Assembly: GCA_903875465.1 (NCBI GenBank)
Contig: CAIQWB010000102.1
Location: forward strand, 12,167 to 76,166
Reading direction: 5' to 3'
DNA: 64,000 nt
Origin: an uncultured Verrucomicrobia subdivision 3 bacterium
GTDB taxonomy: Bacteria > Verrucomicrobiota > Verrucomicrobiia > Limisphaerales > UBA11358
In this document: piece by piece, positions 55,291 through 64,000 of the stretch
Position numbering within the stretch: the stretch's first letter is position 1
How the letters are laid out: each line of letters opens with the position of its first letter
Translations under genes and position numbers: made by a program
The notes under the pieces: generated by a model
What the model was told of the DNA's origin: nothing
Databases searched by the model: none
The model's input: only the letters and a program-made list of their open reading frames with translations

Positions 55291-56022
55291 ATGTGCACCG
55301 TTACTTTTTCCCCGCGGCGGCGCGGCTACGCGCTGGCCATGAATCGCGATGAAAAACTTTCCCGTGCAACTGGTTTGCCACCCATTCGGCATTTCATTCA
55401 AGGGCGAAATGTGCTCGCGCCCTCCGAGCCGGGCGGCGGAACGTGGATCTCGGTGAATGACTCGGGAGCCGCTTTTGCCTTGATCAATTGGTACGCCATC
55501 GCCGCCCAGGTGGAAATTGGCCCAGTCAGCCGGGGGAAGGTGGTTTTTGCCGTGAGTGCAGTCGCCACCGGTGAAGCGGCAGCCAGTGCTTTGGCACAAA
55601 TGCCGCTCCACTCGGTGAATCCCTTTCGTCTTATCGGTGCTTTTCCGGCGGCCCAAGAAATCCGGGAGTGGCGCTGGGATTTAAAAAAGTTGGTGCAGGC
55701 GGCGCATCCGTGGCGCTTGCAGCAATGGATTTCATCCGGTTTCGATGAACCCACGGCCCAACTGATGCGGGGCCAAGTTTTTCAAGCCGCGAGCGCACAA
55801 AAATCTGTTGGCTCACTGGCGTGGTTGCGCCGCCTGCACCGCTCCCACACCCCGATTGCCGGGCCATTTTCGACCTGTATGCACCGCGTGGATGCCGCCA
55901 CGGTAAGCTATTCCGAAGTGCGCGTGAGCAGCGATGCTGCCAAGATGAATTATTTCGCCGGTGCGCCCTGTCAATGTGCGGGTGGTGTGCCTGATAAAGC
56001 CATGGTAATGTTGTCAAAATAA
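55291..56022 (+). CDS. NRDE-family (TANGO2-like) protein with N-terminal Cys (Ntn-hydrolase-like)
   Basis: MCTVTFSPRRRGYALAMNRDEK carries Cys2 and a literal NRDE motif. Start at ATG 55291, not the long ORF start at 55117. Confidence 0.8.
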   Translation: MCTVTFSPRRRGYALAMNRDEKLSRATGLPPIRHFIQGRNVLAPSEPGGGTWISVNDSGAAFALINWYAIAAQVEIGPVSRGKVVFAVSAVATGEAAASALAQMPLHSVNPFRLIGAFPAAQEIREWRWDLKKLVQAAHPWRLQQWISSGFDEPTAQLMRGQVFQAASAQKSVGSLAWLRRLHRSHTPIAGPFSTCMHRVDAATVSYSEVRVSSDAAKMNYFAGAPCQCAGGVPDKAMVMLSK

Positions 56023-56359
56023 AGACGTCCATCAGTGCGCCGCAGAAAATTGCCCTGGCCCCGCCCCGCATGAAAACGGCACGCCAATCCAGTCGACTAC
56101 ATTTGGGGCCGCCTTGAGAGCCAGGAAATCGCCAACTGGATCGCGACCCAGGCTTGGAAACAGGGCCTGGAAGCCGCCGCCGCCCTGCGGCGGATGCGCT
56201 GTCGCAAGCGCATCATTGCCGCCGCTTAAACCAAATTGAATTGGGGTCTTGATGTCCCCCGATCATGCTGGTCCAACCGGTTGGGCACATTCTCAATTAA
56301 ACCGATATAATCCCTGCCGTTTTGATTTTGAATGCCTACACTTGGAAATTTGGAGGCAT

Positions 56360-56385
56360 AAAAAAGCCCGGTCTTGCGACCGGGC
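56360..56385 (-). terminator. Rho-independent terminator downstream of tRNA-fMet
   Basis: Minus-strand reading: gcccggtc gcaa gaccgggc followed by T6. Confidence 0.8.
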
Positions 56386-56393
56386 GTTGAAAT

Positions 56394-56470
<77 letters not shown>

Positions 56471-56754
56471 ATCAAGGAACACAAACTAACCTGCCCCATG
56501 CCAAAGCGCAAGAAGTTTCGACAGAAGTTTCGGCAGATATTCAAAGGTACCCGGTAATGACCCATAAATCCGCTGGCTGCTGCCCTCCATAAAATCCAAA
56601 GCCTGGCAAAGCGCGGATGCTGTTCATCACTATTGCCGCCTGCCCCGTGCGCCTCGCAATTTGAGTTCTCCTCTGCGGCGCAGGTAATTCGCAAGGCTGG
56701 GCTTGAACTGGCATTTTTCTCCACTAGACTCCGCTAGATTGACTTGCGAATTCT

Positions 56755-58767
56755 GTGCCCGGCCTGAACGATAAAATAACACCCGCACTCGTCTCCCTTG
56801 GGGGGGCGATGGTGGTGGTGTTTATCGGTTTCTTTTTGTTATTTACCTCCTGGGGGGATGCTTGGGTAACTGCCAGTTACGACAACCTGTTCCGTTTTGG
56901 CACACCGGCCGTGACAAATCAGGTGACTCTCATCCGGATGGATCAAGCCGCCTTCACAAAATATGGCCAAACGCGCGGGCAGCCCTGGGACCGGTCCTGG
57001 CATGCCCGGCTATTGAACCGTTTGGCGGATGATGATTGCCCGCTGGTGGTGTTTGATTCCTTTTTTCAAAACCAGCAGGATCCGCAAACCGATAACCAAC
57101 TGGCTGTGGCGATGCGCCGTTTGCGCCACATTGTCCTCTTGGCGAACCAATCGCAATTGGAACAGTCCAAATTTGTGGCCGATTCACCGGAGCTTCCCAC
57201 GGAGCCGTTTTTAAGTGCCGCACATGGGAATTGGGGGGTGGGGTGGGTGGATGCGAATGCCGATCTGGATGGGGTGGAGCGTCGGCACTGGCCATTTCCA
57301 TCCCCTGGGCCATATGCGAGTCTGCCGTTGAAGGCGGCGGAACTGGCCGGCGCGCACTTAAGGAACGAACCGCAGGAGCGCTGGGTGCGCTACTATGGTC
57401 AACATGGCTCTTGGGAAACGATGAGCTATGGGGAGGCCTTTTCTGTGCCGGCAAACTATTTCCGCAACCGGGTCGTGTTTATCGGCACGGATCCTGAAAA
57501 TAAACTGCCGGCCCGGGGCACTGGCTTAAATACTGACAAATTTGACACGCCTTACACGGGATGGACCGGGGAATCTTCCGGTGGCGTCGAAATCCAGATG
57601 GCCGAGTTTTTAAATCTCTGGAATAATCAATCACTGATTCAACCGCCGGTCGGGGTGGAAATCCTGATTTTTACATTGGCTGGCGCTGGCTTGGGCGGGG
57701 GGCTTTGCCGTTTGCGGCCGCGTAATGCGTCCTTGGTGGCAGCGGGCCTTTTTCTGGTAATTTCGGGAGCCGCCATCACCCTCAGTTATTACACGAATTA
57801 CTGGTTTCCCTGGTTAATTGTGGCGGGCGGGCAAATTCCTGGCGGACTGGGCTGGGCGCTGATCACTCGCCCACGCCGGAAAACCGCCTTGGCCCGGCTG
57901 CCCGCTGGAGCCTCGGTCCCGGAGACTCCCGGCTATGATTTGGTCCACCCACCCATTGGCGAAGGTTCCTATGGCAAAGTATGGCTGGCCCTGAACTCCG
58001 CCGGCAAGTGGGTGGCTTTGAAGGTGATTTATCAGGCCAAATTTCAGGACGACCCCATACCCTACGATCGCGAATTCAGTGGCGTGCAACAATACCGTGC
58101 CATTGCCCATCAGCATCCCGGTTTGCTCCAGGTGGAATTTGTCAGTGAAAAAGCCCCGGATTACTTTTACTACGTCATGGAACTGGCCGACTCCCTGGCG
58201 GCAGGTTGGGAAGCGAACCCAGCGAATTACAAACCTTGTGATTTGGTCACCGTGCGGGCCAGTTTAAAGGGGCGTCGGTTGCCCGTTCGGGATTGTGTCA
58301 AACTGGGCATTACCTTGTGCCAGGCAATGGAATTCCTTCATCAAAAAGGATTTATCCACCGGGATATCAAACCGCAAAACATTGTTTTTGTGAACGGGGT
58401 GCCAAAATTCGCCGATTTGGGCCTGGTTACCGGCATTCGCCCCCTGGATCAGGGGGGAACCTTGGTGGGAACCATGGGTTATATGCCGCCCCTGCCGGAG
58501 CGGCCAGGCACCGTGGCGGCGGATATTTATGCCTTGGGCATGGTGCTTTATGTGGCCAGCACCGGTGGCCTGCCATCGCACTTTCCCGAGGTGGACACGA
58601 CCATGGTGAAGGCCGAAAAACCACCCGATTTTTTCCCGCTAAACCACGTCTTTCTGAAAGCCTGCCAGCCAGTCGCTGCTGATCGCTTTGCCACCGCCGC
58701 CCAGATGGGGGAGGCCCTCGCCAAGGCGTTGGCAACCATGGAGCATTTCGGTCAAATGCCCCAATAA
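56755..58767 (+). CDS. CHASE2-domain sensor fused to a Ser/Thr protein kinase
   Basis: N-terminal TM, a periplasmic region of about 300 aa, three clustered TMs (the CHASE2 layout), then kinase motifs GEGSYGKVW, ALKVI, HRDIKPQNIV, DLG and GTMGYMPP. GTG start. Confidence 0.82.
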   Translation: MPGLNDKITPALVSLGGAMVVVFIGFFLLFTSWGDAWVTASYDNLFRFGTPAVTNQVTLIRMDQAAFTKYGQTRGQPWDRSWHARLLNRLADDDCPLVVFDSFFQNQQDPQTDNQLAVAMRRLRHIVLLANQSQLEQSKFVADSPELPTEPFLSAAHGNWGVGWVDANADLDGVERRHWPFPSPGPYASLPLKAAELAGAHLRNEPQERWVRYYGQHGSWETMSYGEAFSVPANYFRNRVVFIGTDPENKLPARGTGLNTDKFDTPYTGWTGESSGGVEIQMAEFLNLWNNQSLIQPPVGVEILIFTLAGAGLGGGLCRLRPRNASLVAAGLFLVISGAAITLSYYTNYWFPWLIVAGGQIPGGLGWALITRPRRKTALARLPAGASVPETPGYDLVHPPIGEGSYGKVWLALNSAGKWVALKVIYQAKFQDDPIPYDREFSGVQQYRAIAHQHPGLLQVEFVSEKAPDYFYYVMELADSLAAGWEANPANYKPCDLVTVRASLKGRRLPVRDCVKLGITLCQAMEFLHQKGFIHRDIKPQNIVFVNGVPKFADLGLVTGIRPLDQGGTLVGTMGYMPPLPERPGTVAADIYALGMVLYVASTGGLPSHFPEVDTTMVKAEKPPDFFPLNHVFLKACQPVAADRFATAAQMGEALAKALATMEHFGQMPQ

Positions 58768-58829
58768 TTGGGTGTTTTTGCACAAGCGTCCCCTCCTGTT
58801 CCGTTATTTAACCAAAAATATTTAATTTT

Positions 58830-58855
58830 TGAAAGAACCCCAAATTTGCCACGTA
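58830..58855 (+). promoter_or_regulatory. ECF-type promoter candidate: TGAAAG-N16-CGTA
   Basis: tttttGAAAGaaccccaaatttgccaCGTAtaag, 120 nt upstream of the small secreted protein gene. The 15-mer tttttgaaagaaccc recurs at 63986-64000. Confidence 0.45.
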
Positions 58856-58973
58856 TAAGAGTAGAGTTGCGCCAAACTGCAAGTCCGCCGACCGACTCAA
58901 AATTCTTGGTGAGTCCGGTTCGTTTTTTGGCAATGAGCGTAACTGAGATTTTTAAATTGAAGTATTATAAGCT

Positions 58974-59408
58974 ATGAAATTAATGACTAAATTGAATTGT
59001 ACCCGCCTTGGTCTGGCCCTGGCCATTACCGGGCTTGGGGTTGGTGCGGCCGTGGCCTCGGTGCCGGTCTTTGAAACCCTCTCCCTGACGGTTATCTCGG
59101 GCGGGCAGGGATCCGCTTGTCCCGGACGCTTTTACTCCTACACCAGCATGACCAACAGCGCTGGCAGCATTTGGATTACCCCTCCGGCCGGCACGACCAA
59201 CGGCATTTTGACGGATATCTCGGGGTATCCCGCGCCTTACGCCTCCGTAGCCACCGTCATGCGCAAGAGCGATATGATGACGTGGTGTGCCGGTAACTAT
59301 GTGGATTTTCCGGTGACCAGCGGGGAGAAATTTCAATTAAAGGTGTTTGTTGTCGCCGGCCAGCCGACCAATGGCCTGCCTGCGACATTGCAGATTCAGT
59401 GGCAATAA
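58974..59408 (+). CDS. Small secreted hypothetical protein
   Basis: Signal-like LGLALAITGLGVGAAVASVP followed by beta-rich sequence. No motif recognised. Confidence 0.5.
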   Translation: MKLMTKLNCTRLGLALAITGLGVGAAVASVPVFETLSLTVISGGQGSACPGRFYSYTSMTNSAGSIWITPPAGTTNGILTDISGYPAPYASVATVMRKSDMMTWCAGNYVDFPVTSGEKFQLKVFVVAGQPTNGLPATLQIQWQ

Positions 59409-59415
59409 GCTGTAT

Positions 59416-62400
59416 TTAGAAGCTGATGAGCAGCCGTGCCAGAAAGGTGCGGCTTCTCGCCATTTCATTGTACAGGTTTAAAGGTTCCAGTCGGTAATTT
59501 TGATCCGTGAGGTTGAGCACGCCCACGGAAAATTCCATTTTGCGATGGCAGAACCGGTAGCCGGCATAAGCGTTTAACTGCCAGAAATCATCCCCCGGCT
59601 CGGCCAGGGCAAATCCGGCATTGCTTTGGTGATACCATGCGCTTTCCAGAATGGTAAACACCCCGGATGGGTGGTTCCAATTGGCATTTAATTTGACCGT
59701 TTGTAGTACGCTTTCCAGGGTTTGATGCTGGCGAAAAGGGGCCTTGTCATAGCCCGGGGGAATTTGCGGGTAGCTTGCATTCAGCCTGGCTTGGGAGATG
59801 CTATATTTGGCCCCCAACACCCATTGTTCGCCCAATAATTGATCGACGCGCACGGCGGCCGTGCGTTCATGATAATCCAGCTTTTGTTGAAAGCCCAAGG
59901 GGTAAGTGGCGTAATCCAGCGGGGAGTCATACAAGGAAACAAAAGCCCCTTGCACATCAGAAAGTTTGGAATACAAATCTGCTGCTGATAATATCAGATA
60001 GGTTCCAGTGGGGAATTTTTCCTCCCAGGAAACATTAATCGCGTCAATGCAGGATCCGCTGGTATCCCCGGCCACCGAGGCGGGGATCAACCCTTGAAAC
60101 GCCTGGTTGAAACCCGCCACTTCCGTTGGTTCCAGCTGCGTATTTTGGGCGCCCGCAAATCCGGACAGCGAACGGGTATATCCCACCCGCATGGCCGTGC
60201 CGGCGGTTGGCGTCCAGACAAGTCCTGCTTTGGGGGAAATCTGGGCTTTGGTGCGGTCCGCTTGCACAAACGGCGCCGTGGTTGGATCCGCCGGTAGATG
60301 CAGTAAATCGTAACTGAATCCGGCGGTAAATGACAGGGGATCCACGATTTGCCAAGTGTGATATCCGTAGAGGGAGACATGATGATAGTCCAGGGTGAAA
60401 TCTTGATTCGTCACCAATGGCGCCGCAGGGAAATAGAAGGTGGCTAAACCGCTGTCATTCAGTTCCAGATTTTGATAGCGAACGCTGCCCCAATCGTAGC
60501 GGGAGCCCAAAATGGTGGTATGACTTTCCTGCTCCCACAGTTGTTGGAATTCAATGGAATATTTCTCGGTTTGAATTCTGGCGTTTAAGTTATTGCCCGG
60601 AAAAAAGACGTTGTTTGTGGTGTAAGCATCGCCCCGAATCTGGCCGATATATTGTCCGGCATTACTGGCATCAGCCAGACTGTCGGAAACCTGGCGGGAG
60701 GCCAAGAAAAGCGTCTGCACGCCCGGGCTCCAGTCATGGTGGTAACCCAGAAATAAATTGGGTTCCTGGGTTTCAGTGGTGCGATTGGCGGGGGATGCCG
60801 CTGATGGATGGTAATACTGGTTTACATCGCCGGAATCCACTTTGGCCAGTTGAATACTTCCGAACAGACTGTCATGCGGGGTCAGCTGCCCCTTGAGATT
60901 AATGTCAAACTCGCGCTGCTCAAAATCCTGATTCGCACGCTGCCCCGGGTCAAACTGGTAGGAAGTGCCGAAATCGAAAGCAAATTTGTCCGATGTATAA
61001 AATTCATCGGCATTCTCGGTCCACGCCCCCCGGCTCAGGTAGGTGGTGTCCGACACCGCCCCAAAACGGCTGTGGTCAAATAATTGAGCGTGTGGTTGTT
61101 CCGCCAGGGTGGCGGAAAGCCAGCCCGCCCCGGTGGGGGCCAGCAGGTTGGCGATCCAAAATTCGTCACCCGCCGGGGCGTCATAGCGCAGGTTGCTCCA
61201 CTCGGGCGCCCGCAACTGTTCATAACTGCCTGCCAGAAACAAATGGGCTGAATAATTGCCGTAATCCGAACTCACTGCCCGCCCGGCCTCATTAAGGCTG
61301 GTGTCATACATCCCGGCATCCTGGTAAATGCTGGCGAGATTGGCACTGCGCAGGGCACTGTCCTGGTCCAGCAACAATTGGGAGCGATAAACACTGCGGT
61401 TGTTGTTCAAGGCTTGGGATTTTTCCAAGTCCCGGATGGCCTGGTTAATCTGATTATTTTGCTGGTTGAGCAGCGCGGAATACAACCAGGGCGTGGGGTC
61501 GTTCGGGTCCAGGCGCCGGGCCTGGGCCAGTTCTTTGGCCGCGCGGGCATCATCACCAGTGGCCGTGTAAGCCTTGCCTAAATAGCTGCGCAACTCCGAC
61601 CGCTGGGGTTCCAGCGCTGCTGCCACCAACAGATCCTCCTTGCCCCCAGCGGGGTCGCCCAGGCGAATCCGGGCGAGACCGCGTCCCAGCCACGCATTGC
61701 CCAGCGCGGCATCCGCGCCAATGGCCCGGTCAAACCAGCTCCGTGCCGCCTCTGGTTGGTTTTGCTCGGCCAACACAAAACCCTTCAAAGCGAGGGCCTG
61801 GGCATTGGCGGGGGCCAGGGCCAGACTCCGATTCAACGCGTCCAGGGCGGCCGCATTTTGCCCAAAACTGAATTCCAACTCCGCCACCCGTTCCCAGCCA
61901 AAGCCAAATTGGGGTGCGTTTTTAACGGCGGTTTGCGCCAGTTTCAGGGCTTGGGCCAGGGAAATCTTGCGGTTTGCCTGGGCTTGTTCCCAATACGAAC
62001 TGGCCAGGTATTCGGAATTGAGCCCCGGTCCGTCCAGTCGGGCCAAAGGCTGGCCCTTGACGGCGGCGATCAACTGGCGCACGGCCCCCGCCAGGCGGTT
62101 GATACGTTCGGAATCCCCGGGGAGTGCTTCCAGTGCCGTTACGGCACCGGCCACTTCGCCGACCGACAGCAGCAACGCCGCCCGGTAGACCCGCACCGCA
62201 TCGGTGCGGGGCGCATTGGTCGGAAACTGCGCCAGGGCAGTTTGCAAATCCCCGGCGCGATAAGCCATCAGGGATTCCCCAAGCAAATGCGTTTCTTCCG
62301 GCGTCAGGGGCAGTTCATCCGGGTCAATCACCGCCGGATAATAAAAGCACCATTGCAACAAATTATTGGCCACAAACCCCGCCGTGCGCACCGGTGCCTG

Positions 62401-62958
62401 ACCCAAATCCACCCCCGCCTCCTGGGCGTTCGTCAAAAGCAAGGTGGCCTGATCATTACCCAGGCGCACCTGACCATCAATGACCGACACCGTAGTGCGG
62501 TCATGATCATCCACCGCCATCACAAATTCAGTTCCCACCACGCCGGCCATCGCGCCGCGCGTAATTATCCGGATGCGTCCGGGTTGGTCCCGATGAAAAA
62601 AGGATGTGATGCCCCGAAGCAATTGCAAACCGGCATCCTCATCGGCCGTGCGGGGGGGCAAGATCTCCAACTCGGTCGAGGCACCAAAGGTGAGAATGGT
62701 TTGATCCGACCAGCGCACCACCACCCGGCTGTTGGTCTCGGTGTGAATTCGATCCCGCGGGTTTATTATTTGCCGGACCTTCGCGGGTATCCACGCCGTG
62801 CCATTCGCCGGCAGCACCGCCACCGACCCCTGAACCACCACAATTTGAATGGCCGGGGCGGGGACAGCGGCTGGCTGCGCCCGCAAAATCGCCCCGCTCT
62901 CCGCGACTTTGACCCAGATCGCCACTGCCAGCGCAAATTTAATCCAGCTTGTGTTCAA
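59416..62958 (-). CDS. Secreted FecR-domain / TPR-repeat / C-terminal outer-membrane beta-barrel fusion protein
   Basis: Signal peptide. FecR-like segment (RIHTETNSRVVVRWSDQTILTFGASTELEIL). Multiple TPRs at about aa 330-540. A C-terminal region of about 600 aa with alternating beta pattern ends ...VGVLNLTDQNYRLEP...FLARLLISF (terminal F). Confidence 0.75.
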   Translation of the reverse strand: MNTSWIKFALAVAIWVKVAESGAILRAQPAAVPAPAIQIVVVQGSVAVLPANGTAWIPAKVRQIINPRDRIHTETNSRVVVRWSDQTILTFGASTELEILPPRTADEDAGLQLLRGITSFFHRDQPGRIRIITRGAMAGVVGTEFVMAVDDHDRTTVSVIDGQVRLGNDQATLLLTNAQEAGVDLGQAPVRTAGFVANNLLQWCFYYPAVIDPDELPLTPEETHLLGESLMAYRAGDLQTALAQFPTNAPRTDAVRVYRAALLLSVGEVAGAVTALEALPGDSERINRLAGAVRQLIAAVKGQPLARLDGPGLNSEYLASSYWEQAQANRKISLAQALKLAQTAVKNAPQFGFGWERVAELEFSFGQNAAALDALNRSLALAPANAQALALKGFVLAEQNQPEAARSWFDRAIGADAALGNAWLGRGLARIRLGDPAGGKEDLLVAAALEPQRSELRSYLGKAYTATGDDARAAKELAQARRLDPNDPTPWLYSALLNQQNNQINQAIRDLEKSQALNNNRSVYRSQLLLDQDSALRSANLASIYQDAGMYDTSLNEAGRAVSSDYGNYSAHLFLAGSYEQLRAPEWSNLRYDAPAGDEFWIANLLAPTGAGWLSATLAEQPHAQLFDHSRFGAVSDTTYLSRGAWTENADEFYTSDKFAFDFGTSYQFDPGQRANQDFEQREFDINLKGQLTPHDSLFGSIQLAKVDSGDVNQYYHPSAASPANRTTETQEPNLFLGYHHDWSPGVQTLFLASRQVSDSLADASNAGQYIGQIRGDAYTTNNVFFPGNNLNARIQTEKYSIEFQQLWEQESHTTILGSRYDWGSVRYQNLELNDSGLATFYFPAAPLVTNQDFTLDYHHVSLYGYHTWQIVDPLSFTAGFSYDLLHLPADPTTAPFVQADRTKAQISPKAGLVWTPTAGTAMRVGYTRSLSGFAGAQNTQLEPTEVAGFNQAFQGLIPASVAGDTSGSCIDAINVSWEEKFPTGTYLILSAADLYSKLSDVQGAFVSLYDSPLDYATYPLGFQQKLDYHERTAAVRVDQLLGEQWVLGAKYSISQARLNASYPQIPPGYDKAPFRQHQTLESVLQTVKLNANWNHPSGVFTILESAWYHQSNAGFALAEPGDDFWQLNAYAGYRFCHRKMEFSVGVLNLTDQNYRLEPLNLYNEMARSRTFLARLLISF

Positions 62959-63145
62959 GTGTTGTTACCCAACCGCCGGGCGGGTTCGCCCCTTAGTTTG
63001 TCTCATGCATGATTAAACAAAATCTGCCGGTCGTCACGCCATTTTACCATGGCCTGGCCGGGTTTGTTGAACTCGCCCGAATTAGTTGCTGAAATACTTG
63101 AAATTGTCATTGCCAAAGGAAGCGCAAAACCTCATTACTTTTCCC

Positions 63146-63775
63146 ATGGGTGACCTGAGGGATGAATTAATTCCCACGCGAGCCTCCCTGATTCAACGCC
63201 TGAAGAACTGGGAGGATCAGGCAAGCTGGCAGGAATTTTTTGAAACTTACTGGCATCTCATTTATGGTGTGGCGGTAAAACGTGGTCTTTCCAAATCGGA
63301 GGCGCAGGATGTGGTCCAGGAAACCATGATCTCCGTCGCCAGGCACATGCCTGCCTTCAAGTACGATGCCTCCCGCGGTTCCTTCAAGACCTGGCTGCTC
63401 AACATGACCCGCTGGCGCATTGCTGATCAAGTCCGCAAGCGCATGCCGATGGAGCCGCCGCCGCAGTCAGGGGATGGATCTTCGCCCGAGGATTTTGACA
63501 GCGGTGGGCCTGCTAATGGCATTCCCCCCGATTTGGAACTGATCTGGGATACGGAATGGGAGCGAAATCTCCTGGAAGTGGCCATCGGCAAAGCCCGCCG
63601 TCGGCTGGATCCCCAACAATATCAACTCTTCGATTTTTACGTCAACAAAGCCTGGGAGCCGGACCGCGTGGCCAAAACTTTTGGGGTTTCGGTAAACCAA
63701 GTATATCTGGCCAAACACCGGGTGACCGAGCTCATCATTCATGAAGTGGAACGGTTGAAAAATGAGCTGATCTGA
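63146..63775 (+). CDS. ECF sigma factor (Planctomycete/Verrucomicrobial type) with no adjacent anti-sigma gene
   Basis: LIQRLKNWEDQASWQEFFETYWHLIYGVAVKRGLS..AQDVVQETM (region 2) and VSVNQVYLAKHRVTELI (region 4). The ORF track start at 63086 is also possible. Confidence 0.85.
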   Translation: MGDLRDELIPTRASLIQRLKNWEDQASWQEFFETYWHLIYGVAVKRGLSKSEAQDVVQETMISVARHMPAFKYDASRGSFKTWLLNMTRWRIADQVRKRMPMEPPPQSGDGSSPEDFDSGGPANGIPPDLELIWDTEWERNLLEVAIGKARRRLDPQQYQLFDFYVNKAWEPDRVAKTFGVSVNQVYLAKHRVTELIIHEVERLKNELI

Positions 63776-63985
63776 CGTGTTTATGCCCCTTACTGCCCAT
63801 TTCGGGCCGCCGGCGGTACCCGCGCGGATCTAGAACCCTTTGGCGAATCGTTAGTTCCATTCGCCTCCTCTTGCCTGGCCAAATACGCGTAATTTGGCTC
63901 CTGATACCAGACTTCCCCCCCACCTCCCCAATTGGCTGGGATGATTTCCTATCCGCCTGCTCCGCGAATGAAAGAAATTTAATCA

Positions 63986-64000
63986 TTTTTGAAAGAACCC
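63986..64000 (+). promoter_or_regulatory. Second, window-truncated copy of the tttttgaaagaaccc motif
   Basis: Identical 15-mer preceded by atttaat, as at 58819. The -10 part lies beyond the window. Confidence 0.35.

Overview
GC-rich bacterial chromosomal segment. The gene content looks Verrucomicrobiota/Planctomycetota-like: giant secreted LTD/CotH and beta-helix proteins, C-termini ending FYRV/YYRL, several ECF sigma factors, and a CHASE2 Ser/Thr kinase. This taxonomic call is inference only. Housekeeping genes are easy to recognise: gatCAB, acs, topB, apt, rpoD, gap, msrA, yacG, prc-like S41 protease, fucI and an initiator tRNA-fMet. An Mla-like EFD operon is also present. About 12 kb (20.1-32.5 kb) is two convergent genes for very large secreted repeat proteins. 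The most interesting signal is at 43-56 kb. An ECF sigma factor with two tandem zinc-anti-sigma (HxxxCxxC) paralogs sits among thiol/redox-type operons. These encode FMN reductases, a CxxC redoxin, a ferric-reductase/Rieske fusion, a YHS protein, DoxX, DinB, a DedA/ATP-grasp fusion, an NRDE Cys-hydrolase, and CoaB-like and OlsB-like enzymes. Reading by eye, I found five copies of one fixed-spacing bipartite motif (TTGTAAG-N16-CGAC), each pointing into one of these operons. This looks like an ECF promoter set defining a compact, apparently uncharacterised thiol-stress regulon. A second candidate signalling module lies at 56.7-64 kb: a CHASE2-Ser/Thr kinase, a FecR-TPR-outer-membrane-barrel fusion, an ECF sigma and a TGAAAG-N16-CGTA promoter-like motif. 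Other oddities are a 184-bp rod-like palindrome between fucI and the coaB-like gene, a low-GC two-gene islet, short iteron-like tandem repeats, and an MlaF-like ATPase lacking its catalytic residues. I saw no CRISPR array, transposase, integrase or rRNA. All functional calls come from motif recognition in the supplied translations; no database search was possible.
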